Origin: a virus
Lineage: Duplodnaviria > Caudoviricetes
Virus record (IMG/VR): IMGVR_UViG_3300031555_003626
Coordinates: 160,001-224,000 of that record
Length of the DNA stretch: 64,000 bases
Strand: one strand, 5' to 3'
Made by a program: the position numbers and the translations under genes. Below are positions 18,444 to 26,963 of the stretch, one piece after another. The notes under the pieces are model-generated. The model ran no database searches. It saw only the letters and a program-made list of their open reading frames with translations, and was not told where the DNA came from. The first letter of the stretch is position 1. Each line of letters starts with the position of its first letter.

Positions 18444-20486
18444 ATGTCTTATAAATTAAAACACACAGCAGAGGCTATTGACGATAAGCTAAGCTTAATT
18501 AATAAAAATAAAAATCTTTTGCCTTATCCTTACGAAGAAGAGCCTGGTGGGGTTGGCCTTATTGATGTAGGTGATGGCTCGTTTCTAACAAATACAGATT
18601 TTCCGGAAGCAGGCTATGAATTTTTACTTCATACTGTTGTACTACCTGGAGGTAGAAAATATAAAATTAGCCTCGATATTGCAGATTTTATAGACGAATA
18701 TGCTATGACAGTGAATCCAGGTTTCTCACTAATAGTTAGAAATAAGTCAGGTGCAGACCTTGACTTAAATAATGAGGTACTTGACCTTAGTGCTGAAACA
18801 GAAGAGACATCTATTAGTGTATTTCTATATGTCCCAGCGGGCGCTAGAGCTAATTTAATAGTTAAACCTCAAATAGAAGAGGGCGAAGAGCAGACGGCTT
18901 GGGTACCCTACATGAAAGATATAGCTAATTATGTGGATGAGCGTTTTAATAGCACCAATGTTAAAATTAAAGCTATTGCTGAAGCTGTTGCTAATAATGC
19001 CGGCAGTAGCGAGTATACCGGCCCTGAAAACATAGAAGACGGTACTACTACTGGAATTCAGCAAATTCAAGATCAAGAATCTGGAGTTACTGCAGGTTAC
19101 TTTAACTTTACTAATAAAAACCAACAAGCAACTAAGCATGATAATAGCTTGACTGGCGAAATTGAATATGGTGCCACAGGTGAGTTCGCAGTAGCATTTG
19201 GAGGTAAATCTGCGGCAATTGGAAAACGTTCTATGGCTGTAGGAACAACCACTATAGCTAAAGGAAAATATTCATTTGCTTGTGGTGATAATAGCGTTAC
19301 TTTAGGTAATGACTCTTTTGCAGCTAACTATCAAACAACTGCCAAGGGTCAAGCTTCAGCTGCTTTTGGTTCTGGTACAATTTCTGAAGGAAGTGCTTCC
19401 GTTGCTATGGGTAAGGAAACTCATGCTAAAGGAGAATATTCGTTCGCTACAGGATATCAGTCTAAGTCTAACAGTCAGTCTTCAGCGGCTATAGGCGCTG
19501 GAGCTGTTACTTCGTCTGAAATCAACGGTCAGGTCGTTGTGGGTAGATACAACAGATACGATACACCTGCAAGCTCTCAATCTGTGTTTATTGTTGGTTC
19601 TGGTGGGAGCGATACTGCACGTGAAACTGCAATGTCAATCGATATTTACGGAGATATGTGGAAGGGCTCAAACCCAAGTGCGCTAGATCGCTACATAACT
19701 GCAGGAGAAGCATTTAGACTTCCTGAATCGGTTAGTGATAAAGCAGACGGTACTTATATTCCTTGTTATGGGGTCACTAGCGGTAAGATGACTTCGGGCA
19801 AAGAATCACCAAATTCTTTACAGTTAGCGACGAGTTGGGCTAAAGGAAACACCCTAGTAGGTAGAGATGAAAACGGTGCGATTAATATAGGAACACCTAC
19901 AGCCCCCGGTCATGCAGCTACTAAGCAGTATGTTGATAACTCTCATATAGCTAAGATAAAAGAAACGCTGACTCAGTTATTTGACCGTGATGAATTTTAT
20001 GAAGTGCAGTCTACCGGTACTATAACAGTTAGATTAACTTGTAACTCACAGGAGTCTTTCGGCAGTGATACGTGGCTTGATTGCAATCATGACCTAGAGG
20101 TGTTTTTTGATGGAGATGCAAATAAAACAACGCTTCCACTACCTAAAGGTACTTTGATAAGCATAACAGGAAAATCGGAGACGGGTGATGCACACTATCT
20201 TTTAAATAATAGTACAGTAACTGTTTATTTAGAAGACTCTGATTATTCCGGAGATGGTGGGCCAGGCCATCTAATTGGGTTTGATGCTTTTACACCAAAT
20301 AGCTCTGAGACTATAAATAAAACTTACCGTGACGCGACAAGTGACCACGTTTTATATGCGGATACAGGCGAGTCCTCAATGGTTTGGGACAGCACATGTT
20401 TTGAAACCACTGAGGAAAGTCAAGAAGTTACTTTAACCTACACGCTTGCGAAAAATAAATATCTTGAGGCATTAGAAACTTTATAA
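18444..20486 (+). CDS. Fibre/adhesin with YadA-like repeats (paralogue of 11072..12373)
   Basis: YGATG....AFGGKS.A.GKRSMAVGTTTIAKG.YSFA.GDNSV.LGNDS shared with the 11072 ORF; HAATKQYVD. Confidence 0.7.
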   Translation: MSYKLKHTAEAIDDKLSLINKNKNLLPYPYEEEPGGVGLIDVGDGSFLTNTDFPEAGYEFLLHTVVLPGGRKYKISLDIADFIDEYAMTVNPGFSLIVRNKSGADLDLNNEVLDLSAETEETSISVFLYVPAGARANLIVKPQIEEGEEQTAWVPYMKDIANYVDERFNSTNVKIKAIAEAVANNAGSSEYTGPENIEDGTTTGIQQIQDQESGVTAGYFNFTNKNQQATKHDNSLTGEIEYGATGEFAVAFGGKSAAIGKRSMAVGTTTIAKGKYSFACGDNSVTLGNDSFAANYQTTAKGQASAAFGSGTISEGSASVAMGKETHAKGEYSFATGYQSKSNSQSSAAIGAGAVTSSEINGQVVVGRYNRYDTPASSQSVFIVGSGGSDTARETAMSIDIYGDMWKGSNPSALDRYITAGEAFRLPESVSDKADGTYIPCYGVTSGKMTSGKESPNSLQLATSWAKGNTLVGRDENGAINIGTPTAPGHAATKQYVDNSHIAKIKETLTQLFDRDEFYEVQSTGTITVRLTCNSQESFGSDTWLDCNHDLEVFFDGDANKTTLPLPKGTLISITGKSETGDAHYLLNNSTVTVYLEDSDYSGDGGPGHLIGFDAFTPNSSETINKTYRDATSDHVLYADTGESSMVWDSTCFETTEESQEVTLTYTLAKNKYLEALETL

Positions 20487-20622
20487 TTAAATAAACTAAA
20501 GCTTAGATTTATTTCCAGTCTAAGCTTTATTTTTATCTGCTAAATTATTAGAGATAAATGCAGTTAAATTCAGAAAAAGAGTTTAACTTAGAAAAAATAT
20601 AAAGAAGGGAATTTTATATAAT

Positions 20623-21573
20623 ATGTCAATTAAACTAGATAAAAGTATTAGCATAGATGGTACGCTCTATGATGTAACAGCTGTAGAGGCTGATAAAGCA
20701 GTAGAGGCTGATAAAGTTGTTAATAAATTAACTATAAATGCACCTGGAAAAGATCCCGAGTACTTTGATGGTAGTGCAAACAAAGAGATAACAATACCTG
20801 CTGTTACTTATAGTAATAGTGCAAAAACAATTAATGCTTTAGGCGGAATTGGCCCGAATACCTCATTTGACAATGAGCCTATTACAAAGGTACTTGATAT
20901 GCTTTTGTACCCTTATGTTGCCCCTGTTATTGGAGATACGAGTTCTTCGCCACACAATGGTGGTGTATTCGAAAATGGAAGCGTTCAAAAAATTGCGTCT
21001 GTTACTACTTCTATTGTAAAGAAATCAGAAAGTATTTCTAAAATAGAGCTATTTCACGGAAATACACTGCTAGGAACGCGTGAGGATCTTCCAGATGGTG
21101 GCAATATTAAGTTCGAAGTCCTAGATCTAGGTGTAGAAATCGATAACGATAAAGATACTCCAAAATATCTTACAATTAAAGTAACAGACAGTAAGGGTAA
21201 CTCTGTTACAGAAAACACTGGCACTTTTAGTTTTGTTTATCCTTATTATTATGGCGCAGTTGAGGCTAACACTACAATTTCTGAAATTTCTGAAGATGTT
21301 GTAAAAGGTCTTTATTGTAGCATTCATGATAGAGTTAATAGAACTGTGCCATTTACGCTTAATAATCAAAAAGTAGTTTTTGCCTATCCAAAAATTTATG
21401 GTACATTACACTCTATTATAAATCAAAATAACTATGAGGTTATTACTACTTTTACACGTAAAGAGCTTTACATAACAGGCTTGGATAAAACAGCACATCC
21501 TTATTATGTATATGTTTCAAATGGAGCTTCAACAGTCTCTAATTTTAAGTATACTTTTAACTATTTAAAGTAA
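20623..21573 (+). CDS. Virion fibre-associated beta-rich protein
   Basis: FDGSANKEITI, VLDMLLYPYVAP, YPYYYG and FAYP motifs; resembles the C-terminal part of the 4880 ORF. Confidence 0.55.
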   Translation: MSIKLDKSISIDGTLYDVTAVEADKAVEADKVVNKLTINAPGKDPEYFDGSANKEITIPAVTYSNSAKTINALGGIGPNTSFDNEPITKVLDMLLYPYVAPVIGDTSSSPHNGGVFENGSVQKIASVTTSIVKKSESISKIELFHGNTLLGTREDLPDGGNIKFEVLDLGVEIDNDKDTPKYLTIKVTDSKGNSVTENTGTFSFVYPYYYGAVEANTTISEISEDVVKGLYCSIHDRVNRTVPFTLNNQKVVFAYPKIYGTLHSIINQNNYEVITTFTRKELYITGLDKTAHPYYVYVSNGASTVSNFKYTFNYLK

Positions 21574-21585
21574 AGGAGTTAAATA

Positions 21586-21969
21586 ATGGCAATATTTGAT
21601 AAAATTTCTGGTATTCCTGCTGATAATGGTTTTAAGTATCAGGCAGAAGCTCCGCTTGATGCTCGTTTAGTAGTAGACTACTACAGCGAATTAGCTGAAC
21701 TTGCTGAGGGACACGGTGCTTACATCGGTATGTTAGTTTATGTAAAAAGTGAGACGACTACGGCAGGTGGTATCACTTTTCCTAAAGGTTATTATTTTTA
21801 TGATGGTGTCATTTGGGCTGAATTTAAAGGAGCTGGCACTTCTAATGCAGAGGGTGCTGATAAAGTGCGAGTAACTTTGGATGATGGTAGTAAACCATAT
21901 GCTACTATCACAATTAGTGCAGAGGAGCCTGATGGCGGCAACATTGGAGATATTTGGTTTAAATACTAA
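21586..21969 (+). CDS. Small PLDAR-motif virion protein
   Basis: FKYQAEAPLDARLVV..AYIGMLVYV; C-terminal GDIWFK. Confidence 0.55.
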   Translation: MAIFDKISGIPADNGFKYQAEAPLDARLVVDYYSELAELAEGHGAYIGMLVYVKSETTTAGGITFPKGYYFYDGVIWAEFKGAGTSNAEGADKVRVTLDDGSKPYATITISAEEPDGGNIGDIWFKY

Positions 21970-21998
21970 TTAGCCAAATAACACTAAAGGAGTTTAAA

Positions 21999-22373
21999 AT
22001 GGCTAAAAATATTATTAAACTTAACAGAGGTGACTCATTTGAATTTAAAGTGAGTATTCCAGATAAAGAAAATACTAATAAAAATTATATTTTAACTAAT
22101 TTTGATGTTGTTTATTTTGCCTTGTTATATCCATATCAGCCATTTGCCGACGCATTTATGGTTAAAGGCTACACTATAGAAGACCAAAATAAAGAAACCG
22201 GCGAAATAGTTATAAAGTTAGTACCAAATGATACTAGATGTCTTGCTCCAGGTATTTATTATTACACTGTTAAACTGCAAAGAGGCGGCACCTTGGAAGT
22301 TATAAATGACTTTGATGAGCCTGACGAAGTTAGAACAATAATTGATAGAACAAAATTTATTGTAAACGATTAA
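21999..22373 (+). CDS. BppU-N-like baseplate/fibre adaptor protein
   Basis: IKLNRGDS...L.P.DT..L.PG.YYY.VKL pattern. Confidence 0.55.
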   Translation: MAKNIIKLNRGDSFEFKVSIPDKENTNKNYILTNFDVVYFALLYPYQPFADAFMVKGYTIEDQNKETGEIVIKLVPNDTRCLAPGIYYYTVKLQRGGTLEVINDFDEPDEVRTIIDRTKFIVND

Positions 22374-22464
22374 ATTTCAAAACTTTTTATCGTATATATT
22401 AATATATTAATTAATAATGTATATAATATTATAATAATATATTAAGTATATTATATATTTATTT

Positions 22465-22496
22465 AAGAACGTAAGTTAATTTCTTACGTTCTTTTT
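22465..22496 (+). terminator. Intrinsic terminator at the end of the fibre cluster
   Basis: AAGAACGTAAG / CTTACGTTCTT stem followed by T tract. Confidence 0.7.
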
Positions 22497-22525
22497 ATTT
22501 TATAGTAAAATATTACAAATCATGC

Positions 22526-22535
22526 TGTATTATAT
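22526..22535 (+). promoter_or_regulatory. Sigma70/sigmaA-like extended -10 motif YGTATAATAT/YGTATTATAT (one of about 15 copies)
   Basis: Also at about 26764, 29030, 29196, 31322, 33447, 35118, 36195, 37339, 47981, 52895, 53334, 54320, 56260 and 63343, before non-structural genes and RNAs. Confidence 0.7.
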
Positions 22536-22574
22536 ATGTAGTAAATAAAAAAAATTATTTTAGGAGAATTTAAA

Positions 22575-22946
22575 ATGAGAAACTACGAGACAAAGATTTA
22601 TGATTACATTGATAAGAAGACAGGAGCACATGTAGTAAAAGCTACTACGATTTATGCAGGCCAAATGGTAAGTGCTTGCTCAAAGTGTGACCCTAATGAT
22701 ACTTTTAATCTCGATTTTGGTACCGCAGTAGCTCTTAAGCGTCTCGACCTTAAGATAGCTAATAAGCGAGCAGCAAGCATGAGAAATTACGCAAAATTCT
22801 GTAAAATGAACCTTGACTTCATTGAAATTGAAAAGCGTCGTGTTAAGAAGTCTATGGAGAGGGCCGAAATTGCTGTTCTTGATCGCAGAGTTGAGATTAA
22901 GGCTTTTGAAAAAGAGCTCGCAGAACTTATTGCAACTACAAAATAA
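22575..22946 (+). CDS. Hypothetical protein
   Basis: RBS; KCDPNDTFNLDFG..VAL.R motif common in phage proteins. Confidence 0.7.
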   Translation: MRNYETKIYDYIDKKTGAHVVKATTIYAGQMVSACSKCDPNDTFNLDFGTAVALKRLDLKIANKRAASMRNYAKFCKMNLDFIEIEKRRVKKSMERAEIAVLDRRVEIKAFEKELAELIATTK

Positions 22947-22985
22947 GAAATTTCCTACATATTTATTATATAAGGAGCTATACAG

Positions 22986-23414
22986 ATGATTTTACGAATT
23001 ACTGTCGGCGACAATGACTTTACAGAAGAGCTTGAACAATTTGCTGAAGACCCCGAAGGTAGTGCTTATCTTTTAAAGGTAGCTAAGCTTGAAAATACTT
23101 CTTTAACTCAAGATGAAAAGCTTGCACTTTTTAAACGCAAGGAACGCTTTAGAGAACTATTTTATAATACAGAAAAATATACTCCTGAGCTTTCTGCTGA
23201 ACTTTGTGAAATGGTTAAACAGAATTGGGAGGATTTTGTAAATCATATTATGCGCGACCACGACTACTGGAATGAAGATGATAAAATAAGACTTAGAGAA
23301 TATCTTATCAGAGACTTTAAAGTAAAGTTTCAAAAGAGCCTTACACCTAAGTGGGAAAATGGTGAAGTAGTTTACATTTGTTGCGGCTATTATAATAAAC
23401 ACTGGACATTTTAA
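22986..23414 (+). CDS. Hypothetical protein
   Basis: AAGGAG RBS, ORF. Confidence 0.7.
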   Translation: MILRITVGDNDFTEELEQFAEDPEGSAYLLKVAKLENTSLTQDEKLALFKRKERFRELFYNTEKYTPELSAELCEMVKQNWEDFVNHIMRDHDYWNEDDKIRLREYLIRDFKVKFQKSLTPKWENGEVVYICCGYYNKHWTF

Positions 23415-23436
23415 AATTACATAGGAGGAACTTAAT

Positions 23437-23694
23437 ATGACTTTTTTGGCAATTATTCAAATTATTTATTTAGCAATTAACCTTTTTGGCTTAGGAGTAA
23501 GCATTTACTTTATTTGTGGTACGACCGATGATTTTCCTATTGTATCTAAATTGTTTAGTTTTATTGCAAGGCACTTTGGAAAAGTAGCCTTTATTATTAC
23601 AGGTATTTTACTCACTATCTTGTTTTTGCCTACTATTGCTCTTACAGCTGCCTTTATTACTTTCATGTGGCTTTGGGGCACATATTGGGATTAA
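23437..23694 (+). CDS. Small membrane protein (2 TM)
   Basis: Two hydrophobic stretches; AGGAGG RBS. Confidence 0.7.
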   Translation: MTFLAIIQIIYLAINLFGLGVSIYFICGTTDDFPIVSKLFSFIARHFGKVAFIITGILLTILFLPTIALTAAFITFMWLWGTYWD

Positions 23695-23706
23695 GGAGTA
23701 CTTATT

Positions 23707-24003
23707 ATGTTAGATACATTATTAGTATTTTGGATATTCTTTAACGTAATATCTACAGTAGCAATAGAAGTTGTGTGCTTTTCAAGTGCTGAACATTTTG
23801 ACAAGATTGATATTCTTTTATACCCCCTATTAATAAGGACTCTACGAGCAAAGCTAAATATTGTTGGAACCGTTATAGTTACAATATTAGTTTCCATTCT
23901 TTGTTGTCTGGCGATTATTGCTTATTTTGTACTTTTAGCCCTCTTTGCTTTAAGCGGCTTACTAGTAAAATGTTTTCTTTGTATTTTTAAGAGAAAAGAT
24001 TAA
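23707..24003 (+). CDS. Small membrane protein
   Basis: Hydrophobic segments; AAGGAG RBS. Confidence 0.7.
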   Translation: MLDTLLVFWIFFNVISTVAIEVVCFSSAEHFDKIDILLYPLLIRTLRAKLNIVGTVIVTILVSILCCLAIIAYFVLLALFALSGLLVKCFLCIFKRKD

Positions 24004-24029
24004 ATAATGTTAAATATAAGGAGTAAATT

Positions 24030-24293
24030 ATGAATAACGATACAACACTTAGTAGCTTTCTTGAAGATAGACTTTCTTATGAGCTGCCTGAAGACGATGA
24101 TTTCAATATTGCAGGCCTGGCTGAAGACCTTGCTTATAGTCTTAAAATTAATGGTTATTGTTCTGACCCTTATTTTGAATATGCTAAGGCTCTTATATGT
24201 CCTATCAATAAGAAACGCAAAAAATATTGTGGTTGTACCACTTGTGAAAGTCATGAGTTTTGTTTAATGCTACGTAAGGAAGGTTACGTATAA
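24030..24293 (+). CDS. Cys-rich hypothetical protein
   Basis: CGCTTC...C cluster; RBS. Confidence 0.65.
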   Translation: MNNDTTLSSFLEDRLSYELPEDDDFNIAGLAEDLAYSLKINGYCSDPYFEYAKALICPINKKRKKYCGCTTCESHEFCLMLRKEGYV

Positions 24294-24733
24294 TGGAAAG
24301 AATTGAGATTCCTGCAGAAGTTTATTTTAAAGCCTTTGACGGTAAGAAATTTTATAGTGAGACAGAGTGCCACAGATATGAGTTTCTTTCTGACAAATAT
24401 ATGAATAAGGAACGTCACGCTGTCTGTGAAGATGGTGAAGGCCATTTGCATAATTTTTTCTTTGCTTGTGATAAGTATGATATTATAGAAATTTGCGAGC
24501 TTAGTAAATATGTACTTGGTTATCGTCCACAATATGTTGAAGCTGCTCCAAAGTGGGAAAATTTTGAATATGGTTGGCTTTGGGTAGCTTACGATTTTGA
24601 CGAGTACGGACCTGCACCTGCTCTTGGCACTGTTTCTGACTTTATTGAGATTCAGGAAGACTGTGCTAGGTCATATAATGATGCGGTTCAAATAGCAAAA
24701 CAAATTGAAATTCTACCAGGGCCGAGGAGCTAA
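24293..24733 (+). CDS. Hypothetical protein
   Basis: AFDGKKF.SE.EC..YE motif; coupled ORF. Confidence 0.7.
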   Translation: MERIEIPAEVYFKAFDGKKFYSETECHRYEFLSDKYMNKERHAVCEDGEGHLHNFFFACDKYDIIEICELSKYVLGYRPQYVEAAPKWENFEYGWLWVAYDFDEYGPAPALGTVSDFIEIQEDCARSYNDAVQIAKQIEILPGPRS

Positions 24734-24735
24734 TT

Positions 24736-25245
24736 ATGCTTAGATTTTTTAAAGACTTAAAAGTTTATTTTACTGATAGACCTAGATACGAGCAGTGGAA
24801 ACGATATAAAAAGCTTCAGAAAGAGTATCGTAAAAAGCTGATAAAGCAGGCAAAAGAATTTTGTCCGTGGTCTGGTTGGTACATGAATGAAATGGTAAAA
24901 ACGATGCTTGAGTTTTATAATAAGACTTATACTGCTGGTGATTGTTGCTGGAGTGAGAAGTGTCGAGTACAGAAAATTGCTAACCAAACTAAGAAAGCTT
25001 TGCAGGCAGCAACTAACCTTGATACTTATGAAGATTTAGGTACTGACGAGCTTATAGCACTCGCGGAAAAGGAACCTGGTTTTACAAAGTATCTTGAGAA
25101 GTGGGAAAAGAAATCAGGCCTTAAAGTCAATAAAGATGAGAGAAAGTATCTTTTATATGGAGTAGCTTGTGCTTATTACGAGAAAAAATACACAACTGCA
25201 TTGTATGATATTATAGGAAAACATATTTGGGAGTGGTGTGACTAA
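24736..25245 (+). CDS. Hypothetical protein
   Basis: Coupled ORF with RBS. Confidence 0.7.
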   Translation: MLRFFKDLKVYFTDRPRYEQWKRYKKLQKEYRKKLIKQAKEFCPWSGWYMNEMVKTMLEFYNKTYTAGDCCWSEKCRVQKIANQTKKALQAATNLDTYEDLGTDELIALAEKEPGFTKYLEKWEKKSGLKVNKDERKYLLYGVACAYYEKKYTTALYDIIGKHIWEWCD

Positions 25246-25580
25246 TGAATTTTAAACCTGAAAAAATACCCGTTACTTTCTCGCAGCTTTTAGAGATATG
25301 TAATTATCAGCAGCATATTATGGAAAAATATAAAGAGTTTATTGAGCAGAATATTGTTAATAAAATTTTAGAGACGGATTTTGACGACTCTTGGACTCCC
25401 ATCGGGCGCGCTAGTTTTAAGCGTATAACAATTCCACAGTCAACTTTTATGTTACAGTGCGATCCTTCTACTCTTAAAGCTTGGAAGTGGCTGCAATATG
25501 AGAGACCTGCCTTTGACTCCGACTATTATGTTAGAGCTGCTTTTGTTGAAGAAGGAGAAAATGATGCTAAAGCCAATTAA
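25245..25580 (+). CDS. Hypothetical protein
   Basis: Coupled ORF. Confidence 0.65.
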   Translation: MNFKPEKIPVTFSQLLEICNYQQHIMEKYKEFIEQNIVNKILETDFDDSWTPIGRASFKRITIPQSTFMLQCDPSTLKAWKWLQYERPAFDSDYYVRAAFVEEGENDAKAN

Positions 25581-25773
25581 AACTTTTTATGTTGTAGGTG
25601 CACCGAATTATAATGAGTATGCAGAAGCTCGTGATATTGCGAGAGACGAAAATTGTGTAGTAGAGCTTCGTTGGTGTCCTAATATTTGGACTGGCTGGTA
25701 TCATGAATATGTATTTGAGGATAGTGACCCTGCAGAGCTTGATGCAAAAACACCTAGAGTTTACGGAGTTTAA
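25561..25773 (+). CDS. Hypothetical protein
   Basis: AAGGAG RBS before ATG 25561. Confidence 0.6.
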   Translation: MMLKPIKTFYVVGAPNYNEYAEARDIARDENCVVELRWCPNIWTGWYHEYVFEDSDPAELDAKTPRVYGV

Positions 25774-25785
25774 GGAGATTTAAAA

Positions 25786-26712
25786 ATGGCTAAGTTGATT
25801 ATTTTATGTGGGCTTCCTGGAAGTGGAAAGAGCTATTATGCTGCCCAGCTATGGCGAAGAGAAAACACCTTTGATGAGCCTACTGCAGTAGTACACTCTT
25901 CAGATGCTATAAGAAAAGAACTTTTCGGCGATGCAGGCTCGCAGGAAAATAATGCTCTTGTATTTGAGACTATGCATAAGAGAGTAAAGGACGACCTTAG
26001 AGCAGGTAAGACTGTAATTTATGATGCAACTAATATTACTCGAAAGTCTCGTCGTGGAATAATCAATATGACTACTAAAGACGATATTGTTGAGTGCCAT
26101 ATTGTTTGGGCGCCTGTTGATACTTGTATTAAGCGAGATGCCAAGCGCGAGCGCCACGTAGGTAGAGAAGTAATTGATAAGATGATTCGTCGTTGGCAGA
26201 GCCCACATAAGTCTGAAGGTTTTACTTGTATCGATGTTATCTGCTCAGACCCTAACTTTGATCAGACTAAGTACGTAGCAATGCAGGCTGACCAAATGCA
26301 TATACCCCATGACAACCCCCATCACACTCTTGGTGTTTGGGATCATTGTATGCAGGCTTATTACTATCTTTGCCAGCAGCCTAATATCAATGATGACCTG
26401 AAGACTGCTACAATGTGGCATGATATCGGAAAGCCTTATACTAAATCGTGGCATATCGATAAAGTAAACGGAGCAGTAGATTATTCACACGCTCATTATT
26501 ATGATCATCATTGTGTTGGCGGCTATCTTGCTTACGGACTTTTCTTACATAAGGATTTTGATGAGGAAGATGTAGACTTTATGTGTTGGGTGAGCTGGCT
26601 TATCTGCAATCACATGGAGCCTTTCTTTAACTCTCATTGGTATAGAGAACTTCCTGAGCACTTGAAGCAGCCTATTGATATATTGCATGCCGCTGACGTT
26701 TCTGCACATTAA
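25786..26712 (+). CDS. Polynucleotide kinase (P-loop, AAA_33-like) fused to an HD phosphohydrolase; RNA end-healing type
   Basis: GLPGSGKS, SSDAIR, YDATN, R...R in the N-half; HH.L...DH, WHDIGKP, HME and AD in the C-half. Confidence 0.85.
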   Translation: MAKLIILCGLPGSGKSYYAAQLWRRENTFDEPTAVVHSSDAIRKELFGDAGSQENNALVFETMHKRVKDDLRAGKTVIYDATNITRKSRRGIINMTTKDDIVECHIVWAPVDTCIKRDAKRERHVGREVIDKMIRRWQSPHKSEGFTCIDVICSDPNFDQTKYVAMQADQMHIPHDNPHHTLGVWDHCMQAYYYLCQQPNINDDLKTATMWHDIGKPYTKSWHIDKVNGAVDYSHAHYYDHHCVGGYLAYGLFLHKDFDEEDVDFMCWVSWLICNHMEPFFNSHWYRELPEHLKQPIDILHAADVSAH

Positions 26713-26804
26713 CATAAATTTTAATAAAATAACATTATAATGTTAAAATTACAAAAATAATATTGTATAATATAATGTGAGTGCAGAGCGCAGCATTCAC
26801 AAAT

Positions 26805-26862
26805 AGAGCCTATACTTATTTCTAACATAAATTTTGGGAATTTAAAAGTTGACAGTTAGGCC
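26805..26862 (+). ncRNA. Bulged-stem (Y-RNA-like) element 1, short
   Basis: AGAGCCTA-T-ACT-TATTTCT...AGT-TAGGCC. Confidence 0.7.
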
Positions 26863-26963
26863 AAAATTGAGATACTACTTTATTATAAGGCGGTGGCTTA
26901 TTTTGGTTTAGATCAAAAAGCTACCGTTATTTTATTTTGATTTTATTTAAAAGGAGATACATT

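Noticed and set aside
11072-20486. Diversity-generating retroelement acting on fibre genes
   Set aside because: The paralogous segments differ at all base types rather than only at adenines, and no reverse transcriptase is present in the window
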